64,000 nt of DNA, taken from contig OZ245002.1 of the NCBI GenBank assembly GCA_965223415.1, positions 1,888,001 to 1,952,000 on the forward strand, read 5' to 3'. This stretch comes from Myxococcota bacterium. Lineage in GTDB: Bacteria > Myxococcota_A > UBA9160 > UBA6930. Position 1 is the stretch's first letter, and each line of letters begins with the position of its first letter. A program made the translations under genes and the position numbers. Below, piece after piece: positions 1-10,125 of the stretch. The notes under the pieces were generated by a model. It did no database searches, had not been told where the DNA came from, and saw only the letters and a program-made list of their open reading frames with translations.

Positions 1-877
1 TCACCTGGGTGGGCGGATCGAAGCGCAGGAACTCCTCGACGGCCGTGGGAAGGAGCTCGGGTCGGGCGCGCAGCCGCTGCTGCTCTCCCGGGTGCTCGAG
101 CAGCGCAAGCATCGCGTTGCCGAGCAGGTTCGTCGTGGTGAGGTGCCCGGCGCCTAGCAACAGGGCCGCGATCGCGAAGAGCTCGCTCGGGCTGAGCACA
201 CGGCCTTCCCGCTCGGCTGCCACCAGCGCGCTCATCAGGTCGTCTCGCGGCCGGGCGCGTCGCTCGCGAAAGGCGTCGCCCAGATAGGCGTGCATCTCGA
301 GCGCGCTGGCCTGGGCCTTGTCGAGCTTTGCCTGGGGCACCAACGGGTCGAGCAGCGCGCCCAGATCCTGGGACCAGCGCTTGAAGACGTCGCGCTCCTC
401 CGAGGGCACGCCCAGGATGCCGGCGATGGTGATGCAGGGCAGGGGGAAGGCGAGGTCGCGGATCCAGTCGAAGCCGCCGTCCCGCCCGGCCCGGCCGAGC
501 AGCTCGTCGATGGTGGCCTGGATGCGCGGGCGCTGGCGGGCCACCACCACCGGGAGGAAGGCCTGGTCGACGAGTCCGCGGATCCGGGTGTGGTCGGGCG
601 GATCGAGGAACATCAGCACCTTGCGGAACGCATCGGCCAGCTCCCGGAGCTCGGGCCGCAGCTCCGGGAAGGCCGAGTGGCTGATCTCGTCCGGGTCGCC
701 CCGGGCGACGCTCATGGTCGGATCCCGCAGGACCGCCAGCACGTCGGCGTGGCGGGTCAGGAGCCAGGCGTCGAAGGGCGCGTAGTGGAAGACAGGGGCT
801 TCCTCGCGCAGGCGACGGTATCCCGGGTAGGGATCGGCCAGATGGGCGGGGTCGAGGGGATCGAAGTCGAGTGCCAC
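1..877 (-). CDS. Cytochrome P450 (3' end runs off the window)
   Basis: Manual translation: DPYPGYRRLREEAPV, MFLDPPDHTRIRGLV, I-helix AGHLTTTNLLGN, K-helix EEFLRFDPP; absent from the ORF track because it is truncated. Confidence 0.9.
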   Translation of the reverse strand, partial: MALDFDPLDPAHLADPYPGYRRLREEAPVFHYAPFDAWLLTRHADVLAVLRDPTMSVARGDPDEISHSAFPELRPELRELADAFRKVLMFLDPPDHTRIRGLVDQAFLPVVVARQRPRIQATIDELLGRAGRDGGFDWIRDLAFPLPCITIAGILGVPSEERDVFKRWSQDLGALLDPLVPQAKLDKAQASALEMHAYLGDAFRERRARPRDDLMSALVAAEREGRVLSPSELFAIAALLLGAGHLTTTNLLGNAMLALLEHPGEQQRLRARPELLPTAVEEFLRFDPPTQV

Positions 878-980
878 GGTGGGATCGGGTCGCGCGTTGC
901 TGAACGGGCGGACATCAGGGTACCACCCCCTCGAGCGTCCACGGTGGCCTGCAGGACCGGCCCCCCGAATAGGGGGTGCG

Positions 981-3900
981 TCACCCGTCGAGCAGCTCCC
1001 AGGCCGCTCTTCCGTCCGGCGTGCTCTCGCCGTCGCGAAGCTCACCGACGGCGCTCCGGAGGAGCCCGCGCCCTTCATCGCCGCGGCCGTGGCGCCCGAG
1101 CCAGCGGGCCAGGCTGGTGGCCGCCCGAAGCGCGAGCCACACGGAGCCGCGGCGCTCGGCCGCGTCGAGGGCCGCGCGCAGGTGGGCTTCGGCTTCGGCG
1201 TCGTCGCCGCGACGGATCAGCAGCTCCCCCTTCCGGCGCTCGAGCTCCGCATCCCAGAAGTGGGCATCGAGCCCGTCGGCGAACTGAAGCCCGGCGTCGA
1301 GGCTGCGCAGGGCATCTTCCGGATCGCCGACGAAGGCCTGCGCCTCGGCCAGCATGTGCACGAACATGGGCGCCCCCACGATGGCACCCATGGCGGAGAG
1401 CGCGGCGATCGCGCCCTGGGCCAGCTCCAGACCCTCCGGATCTCCCTGGGTACTGCGTGCCCAGCCACGCAGCAGCTCGCCCAGACGATGCTCGAGCACG
1501 AACCCGTACTGCTCGCCGATGGCGATGGCCTCTTCCGTGCGTGTCACCACCGCCTCGGGCTCCTGGCGAAGGAAGTGGAGGATCGCGAGGAAGTCGAGGG
1601 CGAAGGCCACGACCAGCGGATGCGCGCCGGCCGCTCTCGCGTCGGCGAGGACGCGATCCGCCTCCAGCAGGCCGCGCTCCGGCTCGCCGCAGTGGCAGCG
1701 GGCGATGCCCGCGAAGACACCGGCGATGACGCCGGGATCCTGCCCGTAGCCCGGCGCGAGCCCCTGATGCTCCTTCGGGTCCCAGAGGGCGAGTGCGCGA
1801 TCGAGGTGGGAGATCGCGAGCGCCCACTCGCCCTGGTAGTAGGCGGTGGCGCCGGCGGTCACGTTGGCGAGCAGCTCGAGGACCGGGTCGCCGGCTGCGC
1901 TCGCCATGTCCAGCAGCTCCAACGCCAGCGCGCGGGAGGTCCCGAGATCACCGCGGGCCTGGTAGAACGCCGCCAGGCCCCAGGTGGAACGGAAGAGCAG
2001 GTCGTCCTCTCCCAGCTTCTGACTGAGCTCGCGGGCGCGGGCGAAGGCTCGCTGCACCTCCTCGCTGGCGTAGCCCTCGACGGCCATGAGCGGCTTGCCG
2101 AGGCCCACCTGCAGGCGCAGCTCCCGGACCTCCCGCATGGCAGCCTCCGTCGATCCCGTCAGCAGCTCGAGGCCGTGGCGCAGGTGGGCCACGGCTTCGG
2201 GATGGGCGGAACGCTCGCCGGCGAGATCCCCGGCGCGCTGGTACCAGTCGATCGCCGCTTCCCGCTCTTGCGCCTCCTCGTAGTGACGCGCCACGGCCTC
2301 CGGCGCCTCGCTCGCGCGTTGGGGAAAGCGGCTCTCGAGGATCTCGCCCACCCGCCGGTGCACCTGCTGGCGCTGGCTCTTCAGCAGCGATTGATAGGCG
2401 ATGTCCTGGATCAACGCGTGCTTGAAGGAGTACTCGGCCAGCGGGCCGAGGCCGCGCTTGTAGAGGAGCTCCGCCTCCACCAGCTCGCCGAGGGCCCGGG
2501 CCACGATGTCGGCCTCCCCGTCGAACACGGCCTCGAGCAGCTCCACCGGGAAGGAGCGCCCGAGCACCGAGGCGAGCTGCGCCACGTCCTTCGCCTGACC
2601 GAGGCGATCGAGCCTGGCCATCAACGAGTCGTAGAGGGTCGACGGAATGGCCAGGTCGAGCACCGCGCTAGCCAGCTCGTAGCGCTCTCCCTGCTCCACC
2701 AGGAGGCCGGACTCGATGACCATCTTCGTCAGCTCCTCGACGAAGAGCGGCACGCCGTCGGTCTTCTTGACGATCTGCCCCACCACCTCCGCCGGCAGCG
2801 ATCGGCCACCGGTCACCGCCTCCGCCAGCTCCGAGACCTGCCGGCGGGTGAGGCGGTTCAGCGAGAGGTGCAGGATCTCGCTGCGATCCGCCCAATGGGA
2901 TTCCCAGCCGGGCCGCGAGGTCATCAGCACGAGAATGCGCGCAGTCGGCACCTGGTCGAGGAAGAGACCCAGGAGCTCGTTGGTCGAGGGGTCGACCCAG
3001 TGCATGTCCTCGACGACCAGGCACACCGACTGCTCCTCCGCGAGCTGCAGCAGCCAGCCGTCGAGGGACTCGAGGATGCGGTGGCGCTGGGCCTCCGGGC
3101 TGAGCGTGCTGGGCCGATAGGGCGGCGGCACGCGGAGACCGAGCAGGCGGCCGAAGATCGGCACCATCTCCCCGGTGTCGAGCCCCACCTCGGCGAGCGC
3201 CGCCTCCAGTTTCGTGACCTTCTCGGCCTCGTCGTCGGTGGGCGCGAACAGCACCTGGTTCAGGAACTCCACCACCGGGTGGAGCGGACTGTTCTCGTGG
3301 TAGGTCGAGCAGCGGCCTTCGAGCCAGGTGTGCGTCTCGCCGGAGATCTCGCGCCGCAGGACATCGACCAGCCGGCTCTTGCCGATGCCGGCCTCGCCCT
3401 TCAGCAGGATCACCTGGCCGTGGCCGTCCTTCGCTTGCTCCCAGCGGTCGAGCAGCAGCGCCACCTCCTGCTCCCGACCCACGAGCTGGGTGCGGGGCAC
3501 GAGATCCGTCGCGTCGAAGGCGTCGCCTTCGCGCAGCGCGAGCACACGGTGCACGAGCACCGGGCGCGCGACGCCCTTCAGCTCCTGCTCGCCGAGGGAC
3601 GCAAGCTCGAACTCGTCCCCCAGCAGGCGGCGGGTGGCTTCGCTCGCCACCACGCAGTCCGCCGGCGCCACCTCCTGGAGGCGGGCGGCCACGTTCACCG
3701 TCTGTCCCAGGGCCAGGGCCTGGGTCTGCCCCTGGCTGCCCATCTCCCCCACCACGACCGGGCCCGTGTGGACGCCGATGCGCAGCTGGAGCCTGCGCTC
3801 GTTGCCGCCGGGCAGCTCCTCGGCCAGCTTGCGATTGACGTGGGGCATGGCGTCGAGGATGCCCAGGGCGGCACGCAGCGCCCGATAGGCCGTGTCCTCG

Positions 3901-4289
3901 TGGGTCCGCGGATAGCCGAAGTAGACCAGGATGCCGTCGCCCAGGTACTGGGCGACGTGGCCCCCCAGGGTGCGCACCACGTCCTCGCACATGCGCTGGT
4001 ATTCGCGCACGGCGGTGCGCAGGTCCTCGGGGTCGAGGCTGCCGGCCAGGGAGGTCGAGTCCACCAGGTCGCAGAACAGCACGGTGAGCTGGCGGCGCTC
4101 GCCCTGGGCCGCGCGGGCCGGCGCCGGCGGCGGGGTCGCGGCGAGCTCGACGCCACATTGGGAGCAGAAGCGGGCGGTGGAGGGGACGAGCGTGCTGCAG
4201 CCAGGACACGGCCTGGGCTGCGCCGTACCGCAGCCCATGCAGAACCGCGCGTCCCCGGGATTCGCTTCGCCGCACTCCGGGCAGTCCAT
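981..4289 (-). CDS. Double zinc ribbon + class III nucleotidyl cyclase + AAA/STAND ATPase + TPR-like protein
   Basis: MDCPECG..FCMGCG..CPGC..FCSQCG; TVLFCDLVDST, YLGDG, VNVAARLQ; Walker A GEAGIGKS; helical C-terminus. Confidence 0.88.
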   Translation of the reverse strand: MDCPECGEANPGDARFCMGCGTAQPRPCPGCSTLVPSTARFCSQCGVELAATPPPAPARAAQGERRQLTVLFCDLVDSTSLAGSLDPEDLRTAVREYQRMCEDVVRTLGGHVAQYLGDGILVYFGYPRTHEDTAYRALRAALGILDAMPHVNRKLAEELPGGNERRLQLRIGVHTGPVVVGEMGSQGQTQALALGQTVNVAARLQEVAPADCVVASEATRRLLGDEFELASLGEQELKGVARPVLVHRVLALREGDAFDATDLVPRTQLVGREQEVALLLDRWEQAKDGHGQVILLKGEAGIGKSRLVDVLRREISGETHTWLEGRCSTYHENSPLHPVVEFLNQVLFAPTDDEAEKVTKLEAALAEVGLDTGEMVPIFGRLLGLRVPPPYRPSTLSPEAQRHRILESLDGWLLQLAEEQSVCLVVEDMHWVDPSTNELLGLFLDQVPTARILVLMTSRPGWESHWADRSEILHLSLNRLTRRQVSELAEAVTGGRSLPAEVVGQIVKKTDGVPLFVEELTKMVIESGLLVEQGERYELASAVLDLAIPSTLYDSLMARLDRLGQAKDVAQLASVLGRSFPVELLEAVFDGEADIVARALGELVEAELLYKRGLGPLAEYSFKHALIQDIAYQSLLKSQRQQVHRRVGEILESRFPQRASEAPEAVARHYEEAQEREAAIDWYQRAGDLAGERSAHPEAVAHLRHGLELLTGSTEAAMREVRELRLQVGLGKPLMAVEGYASEEVQRAFARARELSQKLGEDDLLFRSTWGLAAFYQARGDLGTSRALALELLDMASAAGDPVLELLANVTAGATAYYQGEWALAISHLDRALALWDPKEHQGLAPGYGQDPGVIAGVFAGIARCHCGEPERGLLEADRVLADARAAGAHPLVVAFALDFLAILHFLRQEPEAVVTRTEEAIAIGEQYGFVLEHRLGELLRGWARSTQGDPEGLELAQGAIAALSAMGAIVGAPMFVHMLAEAQAFVGDPEDALRSLDAGLQFADGLDAHFWDAELERRKGELLIRRGDDAEAEAHLRAALDAAERRGSVWLALRAATSLARWLGRHGRGDEGRGLLRSAVGELRDGESTPDGRAAWELLDG

Positions 4290-4395
4290 CGCCCGCGAGT
4301 ATAGGCATAGTGAGGTGAAGGCCCGCGCCGAACACGGGTGGAACCCCGACGCCGCCTGGCCCAGGCTACGGGTGCGGCTCTTCCGGAGGAGACTC

Positions 4396-6144
4396 ATGGG
4401 ATCCACGTCTCGCGTTCTTGCGCTCTTCCTGCTCTTCGCCTCGCTCGCTTGCGCGAGCCGGCCCGACCCGGTTCCGCTGCCGGGCCAGCCGATCCTGCAG
4501 GGCTTCACGCTCTTCGCCCGGGAGGCCTCGGAGGGGCTGCTCGCGCTCGTCGAGGAGCCGGGCGCCCGGGTGCTCGGCCGCGAGCCGTGGGTCGTCTTCC
4601 TGCCTGCGTCGCCCTCGGCGAAGGGCCTCACCCATCCCCACCAGCGCAGCTACGAGCTGGCGGAGCGCCTCGGCGCCGACCTGGTGGAGCCGGTGCTCGA
4701 GATCCTGCTGCCCTGGCACGCACAGGGCCTCTTCACGCCGGCGCCGCCGGATTGCGGCGCCTACGCCGACGAGGATGCGGAGGACGATCGCTGGGCGGTC
4801 CATCAGATCGCCTCGCCGGCGGCCTGGACGGCGGCCCAGACCGCCGGCAAGCTCGCCCAGCTCGAGGCGAAGGACGTCGTCGTGGGCCACCTCGACACCG
4901 GCTACACGGAGCATCCGGAGCTGTGGCAGGTCGCGAACGGCGTGCTTCCGGTGAACGTGGGGCGCGGCAAGAACTACCTCGGGCCCGGCGCACCGGAGGA
5001 CCCGCTGCTGGGCCTCCCGGCCGTCGACAGCCCCGGCCACGGTACGGCCAGCGCCAGCGTGATCGTGAGCCCGGACGGCTGTCAGCTCCAGGACCAGTGC
5101 GGCTGCGTGCACGGCGTGGCCCGGGGCGGCCAGATCGCGCCGCTGCGGGTGACGCGGCGCGTGGCCTTCTTCAACCAGCTGGCGTTCGAGGAGGCGCTCC
5201 AGGACGTCGCGGCCGGAACGCTGGACGTGGACCTGCTCTCGATCGCCCTCGGCAGCTACCCGACCTGGTCGATGTACCTGGCGCTGCTCGGGGTCGAGAG
5301 CCGCGGAACGCCGGCCGTCGCCGCGGCGGGCAATCGTACCGGGGTCGTCGTCTGGCCGGCGCGCTTTCCCATGACGATCGCGGCGGCGGGCGTGAACGTC
5401 GGCTGCACGCCGTGGACGGAATCGGCCCGGGGACCGGCGGTCGACGTCAGCGCGCCGGCGCATCAGGTGTGGAGGGCCCGGGTCGAACGGGGGCGCTGCT
5501 GGGGAGAGCGCTACAGCAACGACTGGAGCTCGGGCACCACCTATGCGACGGGGCATACGGCGGGAGCCACCGCCCTGTGGGTGGCCCATCATGGCGGCGC
5601 GCTCGCGTCGCTGCGGGCGGCGGGCCTCACCACCGAGGCGCTGCGCCAGCTCCTGGACGACACGGCCTGGCAGCCGAAGCGGGATCCGGACCCGCCGGGC
5701 ACCTACTGTGGAAACGATCCTCCGGCCTGGGACGAGCAGCAGATGGGCCCGGGCATCCTCCACGCCGGGAACCTGCTCGGCGCCGCCCTGCCGACGGTGG
5801 CCAGCATCCCGTCGCCCGTGCGGCTGGGCCTCTTCCAGCTGCCGCTCTTCGCGAGCCTGCTCCCGCCGGACACCCCGGACCCGGCCGCCCGCACCGAGGC
5901 GGCCTACCGGAGGCTGCTGCGCGCCGAGCCCGACGTCCCGCTCGGCGAGATCGCGCGCTACGAGCAGGAGATCCTCTTCCTCTACACCCTCGACGAGGCC
6001 TTCCGCAACGCCCTCGAGCAGTTCGTGAAGACCGCGGCGGAGGCCCCGGGGCGCGCCGATCCCGACGCGGTGTGGCAGGCTCTGCCCCGGGGGCGGGCAT
6101 CGAGCTCCCTGCTCGAGATCAGCGAGGGAAGACGCGCGCCGTGA
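4396..6144 (+). CDS. Secreted/lipoprotein S8 subtilase-family peptidase (catalytic Ser position is Thr)
   Basis: Signal peptide with LAC; GHLDTG, HGT and AAAGN motifs; SGTTYATGHTAG; SD GGAGGAG. Confidence 0.82.
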   Translation: MGSTSRVLALFLLFASLACASRPDPVPLPGQPILQGFTLFAREASEGLLALVEEPGARVLGREPWVVFLPASPSAKGLTHPHQRSYELAERLGADLVEPVLEILLPWHAQGLFTPAPPDCGAYADEDAEDDRWAVHQIASPAAWTAAQTAGKLAQLEAKDVVVGHLDTGYTEHPELWQVANGVLPVNVGRGKNYLGPGAPEDPLLGLPAVDSPGHGTASASVIVSPDGCQLQDQCGCVHGVARGGQIAPLRVTRRVAFFNQLAFEEALQDVAAGTLDVDLLSIALGSYPTWSMYLALLGVESRGTPAVAAAGNRTGVVVWPARFPMTIAAAGVNVGCTPWTESARGPAVDVSAPAHQVWRARVERGRCWGERYSNDWSSGTTYATGHTAGATALWVAHHGGALASLRAAGLTTEALRQLLDDTAWQPKRDPDPPGTYCGNDPPAWDEQQMGPGILHAGNLLGAALPTVASIPSPVRLGLFQLPLFASLLPPDTPDPAARTEAAYRRLLRAEPDVPLGEIARYEQEILFLYTLDEAFRNALEQFVKTAAEAPGRADPDAVWQALPRGRASSSLLEISEGRRAP

Positions 6145-6533
6145 GCCGAACGAAGACGATCCTGCTCTGGGTGATGGCGGCGGCCTACGTGTTCGCCGGC
6201 TTCAACCACCTGATGAACCCATCCTTCTACGTGGCGATCATGCCCCCGGAGCTCCCCAACCCCGAGTGGCTGAACGTGCTCTCGGGCCTGGCCGAGATCG
6301 TCCTCGGCGTCTACCTGCTCGAGCCCCGGGTTCGCGTGCTGGCCGCGTGGGGGATCATCGCGCTGCTGGTCGCGGTCTTCCCCGCCAACGTCTACGTGGC
6401 GATGGAGAACCTGGGGACCGAGGGCCCGGGCAGCGGCAACGCCATGGCCAACTGGATCCGCCTGCCCTTCCAGGCCCTCTTCGTGGTATGGGCGTGGTGG
6501 TACACGTGGCCGGACGCCGAGGAGGGCGCATGA
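6141..6533 (+). CDS. DoxX-like small membrane protein
   Basis: AGFNHL..P.FY..IMPP, SGLAEIVLG, AVFPAN, RLPFQ pattern; GTG overlaps the upstream stop. Confidence 0.75.
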   Translation: MSRTKTILLWVMAAAYVFAGFNHLMNPSFYVAIMPPELPNPEWLNVLSGLAEIVLGVYLLEPRVRVLAAWGIIALLVAVFPANVYVAMENLGTEGPGSGNAMANWIRLPFQALFVVWAWWYTWPDAEEGA

Positions 6534-7000
6534 CCATCCTGAAACGCATCGGCCAGGTCCTGCTCGCGATCGTCGTGCTCGCCGCGATCGCCTACCCCTT
6601 CCGTCGCGATCCGATCGGCCCGCTCGCCGGCAAGCAGCTCACCGGGACCGAGGCGGCAGCCCCGGACGATTGGAGCTTCACCGACGAGCACATGCTCGTC
6701 GCGTTGGAGGTGCGCCCGGGCGATCCGCACTCGATCACGACCCTCTGCTTCGTCCACGACGGTGCGCTCCATGTGCCGGCCCAGGCTGGAAGCGAGAAGC
6801 AGTGGACGCAGATGGTCCTGGATGACCCGCGCGTGCGCGTCAAGGTGGGCGACGCGATCTATCCCGGGCGCGCGACGCGCATCGTCGACGAGACGGAGCG
6901 GCCCGCGTTGATCGCTTCGGCGGCGAGGAAGTACGAGCGGCTCGCGGGGGGCGAGCCGCCGCCCGATGTGTGGGTGTTCCGGATCGACGCCGCGCCCTAG
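6530..7000 (+). CDS. Hypothetical membrane-anchored protein, probable split-barrel (DUF2255/nitroreductase-like) fold
   Basis: N-terminal TM helix; W..MVLDDPRVRVKVG..Y.GRA, KY, VWVFRID; ATGA overlap. Confidence 0.55.
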   Translation: MTILKRIGQVLLAIVVLAAIAYPFRRDPIGPLAGKQLTGTEAAAPDDWSFTDEHMLVALEVRPGDPHSITTLCFVHDGALHVPAQAGSEKQWTQMVLDDPRVRVKVGDAIYPGRATRIVDETERPALIASAARKYERLAGGEPPPDVWVFRIDAAP

Positions 7001-7081
7001 GGTGAGCTGTGTCTCAAAGGTTCTCTTGTCGGACTTAGCCGGAAAATGGGGCTTGGTTCATCGTTCAGAGGCGGTTCGGTC

Positions 7082-7801
7082 ATGTTTCAGATCGTTACCG
7101 AGGCCACACGCGAGTCTCTCACCTGGGGTGAGGTAGCGGCCGTTGTGATCCCAGTCCTCACGTTCGGCTGGGCTGTACTCGCGTTTGTTCTGCAGTCTCG
7201 GCAGAAACGATCAGAGGCTGCTCTTCGACGCGAACACGATGAAGCGGATGCGATCATGCTTCGGAAACAGGAGTTGGCCGAAGCGGAGCTTGAAAGGCTG
7301 CGCCAGGTCCTCCATGAACGCGCAGTATTGGACATGAGTCTCGAGGTCGTTCAGGAAGAGGGCACTCCTCAATCGCGCTACGTAGTGAACGTCGAGTGCG
7401 TTCTGACGAACCGTGGAAGCAGGCCAGCGCATCTCCTGTTTCCAGAGAGGATGGGTCTACGGACGTTCGAGATCCGCTTCGACGAAGAAGGAAGGGCTAG
7501 GCGCGTTCGGGAGTACTTCTCGGTGTCGGAGGATGTGGAAGGCCGGGAATTCGGCGGTACGGCCGTCGTTCCTGGCGAGACGCAGCGACTGCCGTTCTTG
7601 GTCTCAGTCGAGAAGCCAGGGTTCTACCTGCTTGTCTTCGCGACGGAACTCAAACAGGTTGACAGGCACGAGCTCATCGAGACCGCGGATGTCGACAGCA
7701 CCAAGCCGATGTCCTGGATCGTCAGCCGATACGTCCAGATTCGGGCATCGGTTAGTCGCGCGTCGCGCGTCCTGCGAGTGTCCGACTTGTCGGGTGAGTG
7801 A
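7082..7801 (+). CDS. Hypothetical protein with N-terminal TM and coiled coil; atypical codon usage
   Basis: Open frame with many A/T-ending codons, unlike neighbours. Confidence 0.6.
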   Translation: MFQIVTEATRESLTWGEVAAVVIPVLTFGWAVLAFVLQSRQKRSEAALRREHDEADAIMLRKQELAEAELERLRQVLHERAVLDMSLEVVQEEGTPQSRYVVNVECVLTNRGSRPAHLLFPERMGLRTFEIRFDEEGRARRVREYFSVSEDVEGREFGGTAVVPGETQRLPFLVSVEKPGFYLLVFATELKQVDRHELIETADVDSTKPMSWIVSRYVQIRASVSRASRVLRVSDLSGE

Positions 7802-8088
7802 CTCCGAAGCAGACTCCGCGACGGACAGAGATGCCGTGGGGCGAGCGACGATTCAGGTCTCTTGTTGGTTTCAGGACAGGGTCTCTTCTCGCTGTGCGGC
7901 GAGGCCACGAGCTGCCGCAGCCGCCCGAGGATTGGACGCCGACCAGTCGGCCAGGGCTCCCCAAAGATCTGAGCGAGGGCCCTTCCCCCAAGGGAGACCC
8001 GGGTCGAATAAGTCCGGACGCGTCTCGTCCTACTCCGTGAGCGCAGCCGAACCCGCAGGGGAAGGCGGCGCCGCACAAGGAGTCGACG

Positions 8089-8613
8089 ATGAAACGCTTC
8101 GCCCTGATCCCCCTCGCTTCCCTTCTTCTCCTGGCCCCCGCGCTTCCGGCCGCTGCGAAGCACGCGGATCGGGCGGAGCGCCGCGTCGAGCGGCACGACG
8201 TGCGCATCTGCGGTACGTCCGTGCACGACGCTGCCGCCGTGCTCGAGCGGCGGACCCGGCGGCTCCTGCAGCACGCCCGGGAGCACGTCTGGCATCCGAA
8301 CCGCGCCGAGCGCCGCGCCCTGCGCGAGCTCGCGCAGCTGCGTCGCGAGGCTCGCGAGTTCCGCGACACGACCGAGCACACGCGCCGCGTGCGTCACGTC
8401 GCCCGGGATTTCCGGCACGTCCAGCAGCGCTTCCATGACGCCGCCCGCCGCTTCCGCGCACTCGATCCGGACCGCAAGCTGCGCAAGGACTTCCGCAAGG
8501 TCGCCCTCGCCATGGCCACCCTGGACGAGCAGCTCGACCATCGCGCGGTCTACCACGGCCGGCCGTGGGCGCGTGAGCGCTACGAGGTCGCCTCCCACCG
8601 TCACCGCCACTAG
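8089..8613 (+). CDS. Hypothetical secreted helical protein
   Basis: SD AAGGAG, signal peptide MKRFALIPLASLLLLAPALPAAA. Confidence 0.7.
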   Translation: MKRFALIPLASLLLLAPALPAAAKHADRAERRVERHDVRICGTSVHDAAAVLERRTRRLLQHAREHVWHPNRAERRALRELAQLRREAREFRDTTEHTRRVRHVARDFRHVQQRFHDAARRFRALDPDRKLRKDFRKVALAMATLDEQLDHRAVYHGRPWARERYEVASHRHRH

Positions 8614-8755
8614 CGGCCTCGTCGCGGCCTCCCTCTCTGGCTCTCGAGCCGTTCGTGAGCGGGGGGTGCCGAGCGGGCCCTCGGGATCGCCCCGGGGGCC
8701 CGCTCTTCGTCTGGGGCGATAGCGACGCCGGGATCGAGGTGCGAGACTCCGCCTC

Positions 8756-10117
8756 ATGAGCGCTCCCGCGTCCGCGACCCATGCCGTCGCGGTGATCGGC
8801 GGCGCCACCGCCGGGGCCGAAGTGGCCTCGCGGCTGGCAGACCGCGGATGCACCGTCGTCGTCTTCGAGCAGAACCTGCGTCCCTACGGGAAGATCGAGG
8901 ACGGTCTGCCCCGCTGGCACGTCGGCCTGCGCAACAAGGAGTACACGGCGATCTCGGGAAAGCTCGGGAAGCCGAGCGTCCACTTCGTTCCCGACACCAA
9001 GGTGGGTCGCGACGTCGAGTTCGCGGCGCTGTGCCGGGAGTGGGGCTTCTCGGCGGTGGTGCTGGCGTGCGGGGCCTGGCGGGATCGGCCGCTGCCGGTC
9101 GAGGGCGCCGAGGCCTGGGTGGGCAAGGGGCTCATCTACCAGAACCCCTTCATCATCTGGTTCAACCACAAGCACGAAGAGGGCTACGAGGGCGAGACCT
9201 TCGAGCCCCGCGACGGCGCGCTCGTGGTCGGCGGAGGCCTGGCCTCCATCGACGTGGCCAAGGTGCTGATGCTCGAGACCACCCTCGACAAGCTCCGCGA
9301 GCGCGGCATCGAGGTCGACCTGGTCGAGCTCGAGGTGAAGGGGATCCCGAAGATCCTGGCCCAGCACGATCTCAGCTTCGAGGACCTGGGGCTCGAGGGC
9401 TGCACGATCTTCTACCGCCGCCGCCCCGAGGACATGCCGCTGGCGGAGATCCCCGACGGCGCGGACGAGAAGCGCATCGCGAAGATGCACACGGCCCGTA
9501 AGCGTCTCCTCGAGAAGGCGATGGACAAGTTCCGCTTCAAGCTCGAGCCCCTCTCGGCGCCGGATGCGCTGCTCACCGAGGACGATCGGGTCGTGGGGCT
9601 GCGGCTGCGCCGTACGCGGCTGGAGGGCGGCCGCGTCGTGCCGACCGACGAGACCTACGAGCGCCGCGGTGCCTACGTAATCAGCTCCATCGGCTCGATT
9701 CCCGAGCCGATCGCCGGCATCGAGATGAAGGGCGAGCTCTTCGCGTTCACGAATTGGGACCTGGGGCGCCTCGACGGCTACCCGAACGTGTTCTCGGTGG
9801 GCAACGTGGTGACCGGCAAGGGCAACATCGTCGCCTCGCGCAAGCACGCGGACGAGGTGTACGAGGCGGCTCTCGAGTCCTACCTGGGCCTCGACGAGGA
9901 CGGTCACCGGGCCGAAGCGGATCTCCCGCACGCCGCAGCGACGGCGGCGGAAGCCCAGGCGCACCGCATCGCCGATGCGATTGGCCACACCGCGCCGCCC
10001 TCCGCCGAGGCGCTCGCCGGGATCCTCGAGAAGACCCGCGCCCGCCAGCAGGCAGTCGGCTACGACGGCGATTACGACGCGTGGATCGAGAAGTGCAGCC
10101 CCGGGGATCGGGAGTAG
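8756..10117 (+). CDS. FAD/NAD(P)-dependent oxidoreductase (ferredoxin/adrenodoxin reductase-like)
   Basis: VAVIGGATAG, PYGKIEDGLPRWH, second dinucleotide motif VVGGGLASIDVA. Confidence 0.75.
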   Translation: MSAPASATHAVAVIGGATAGAEVASRLADRGCTVVVFEQNLRPYGKIEDGLPRWHVGLRNKEYTAISGKLGKPSVHFVPDTKVGRDVEFAALCREWGFSAVVLACGAWRDRPLPVEGAEAWVGKGLIYQNPFIIWFNHKHEEGYEGETFEPRDGALVVGGGLASIDVAKVLMLETTLDKLRERGIEVDLVELEVKGIPKILAQHDLSFEDLGLEGCTIFYRRRPEDMPLAEIPDGADEKRIAKMHTARKRLLEKAMDKFRFKLEPLSAPDALLTEDDRVVGLRLRRTRLEGGRVVPTDETYERRGAYVISSIGSIPEPIAGIEMKGELFAFTNWDLGRLDGYPNVFSVGNVVTGKGNIVASRKHADEVYEAALESYLGLDEDGHRAEADLPHAAATAAEAQAHRIADAIGHTAPPSAEALAGILEKTRARQQAVGYDGDYDAWIEKCSPGDRE

Positions 10118-10125
10118 GGAGATCG

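Noticed and set aside
879..4304. Very long alternative ORFs (this 1141 aa one, also 8030-9988, 22626-24776, 49808-52960, 55030-57600)
   Set aside because: Antisense or off-frame shadows of real genes, expected at this GC content; no recognisable motifs
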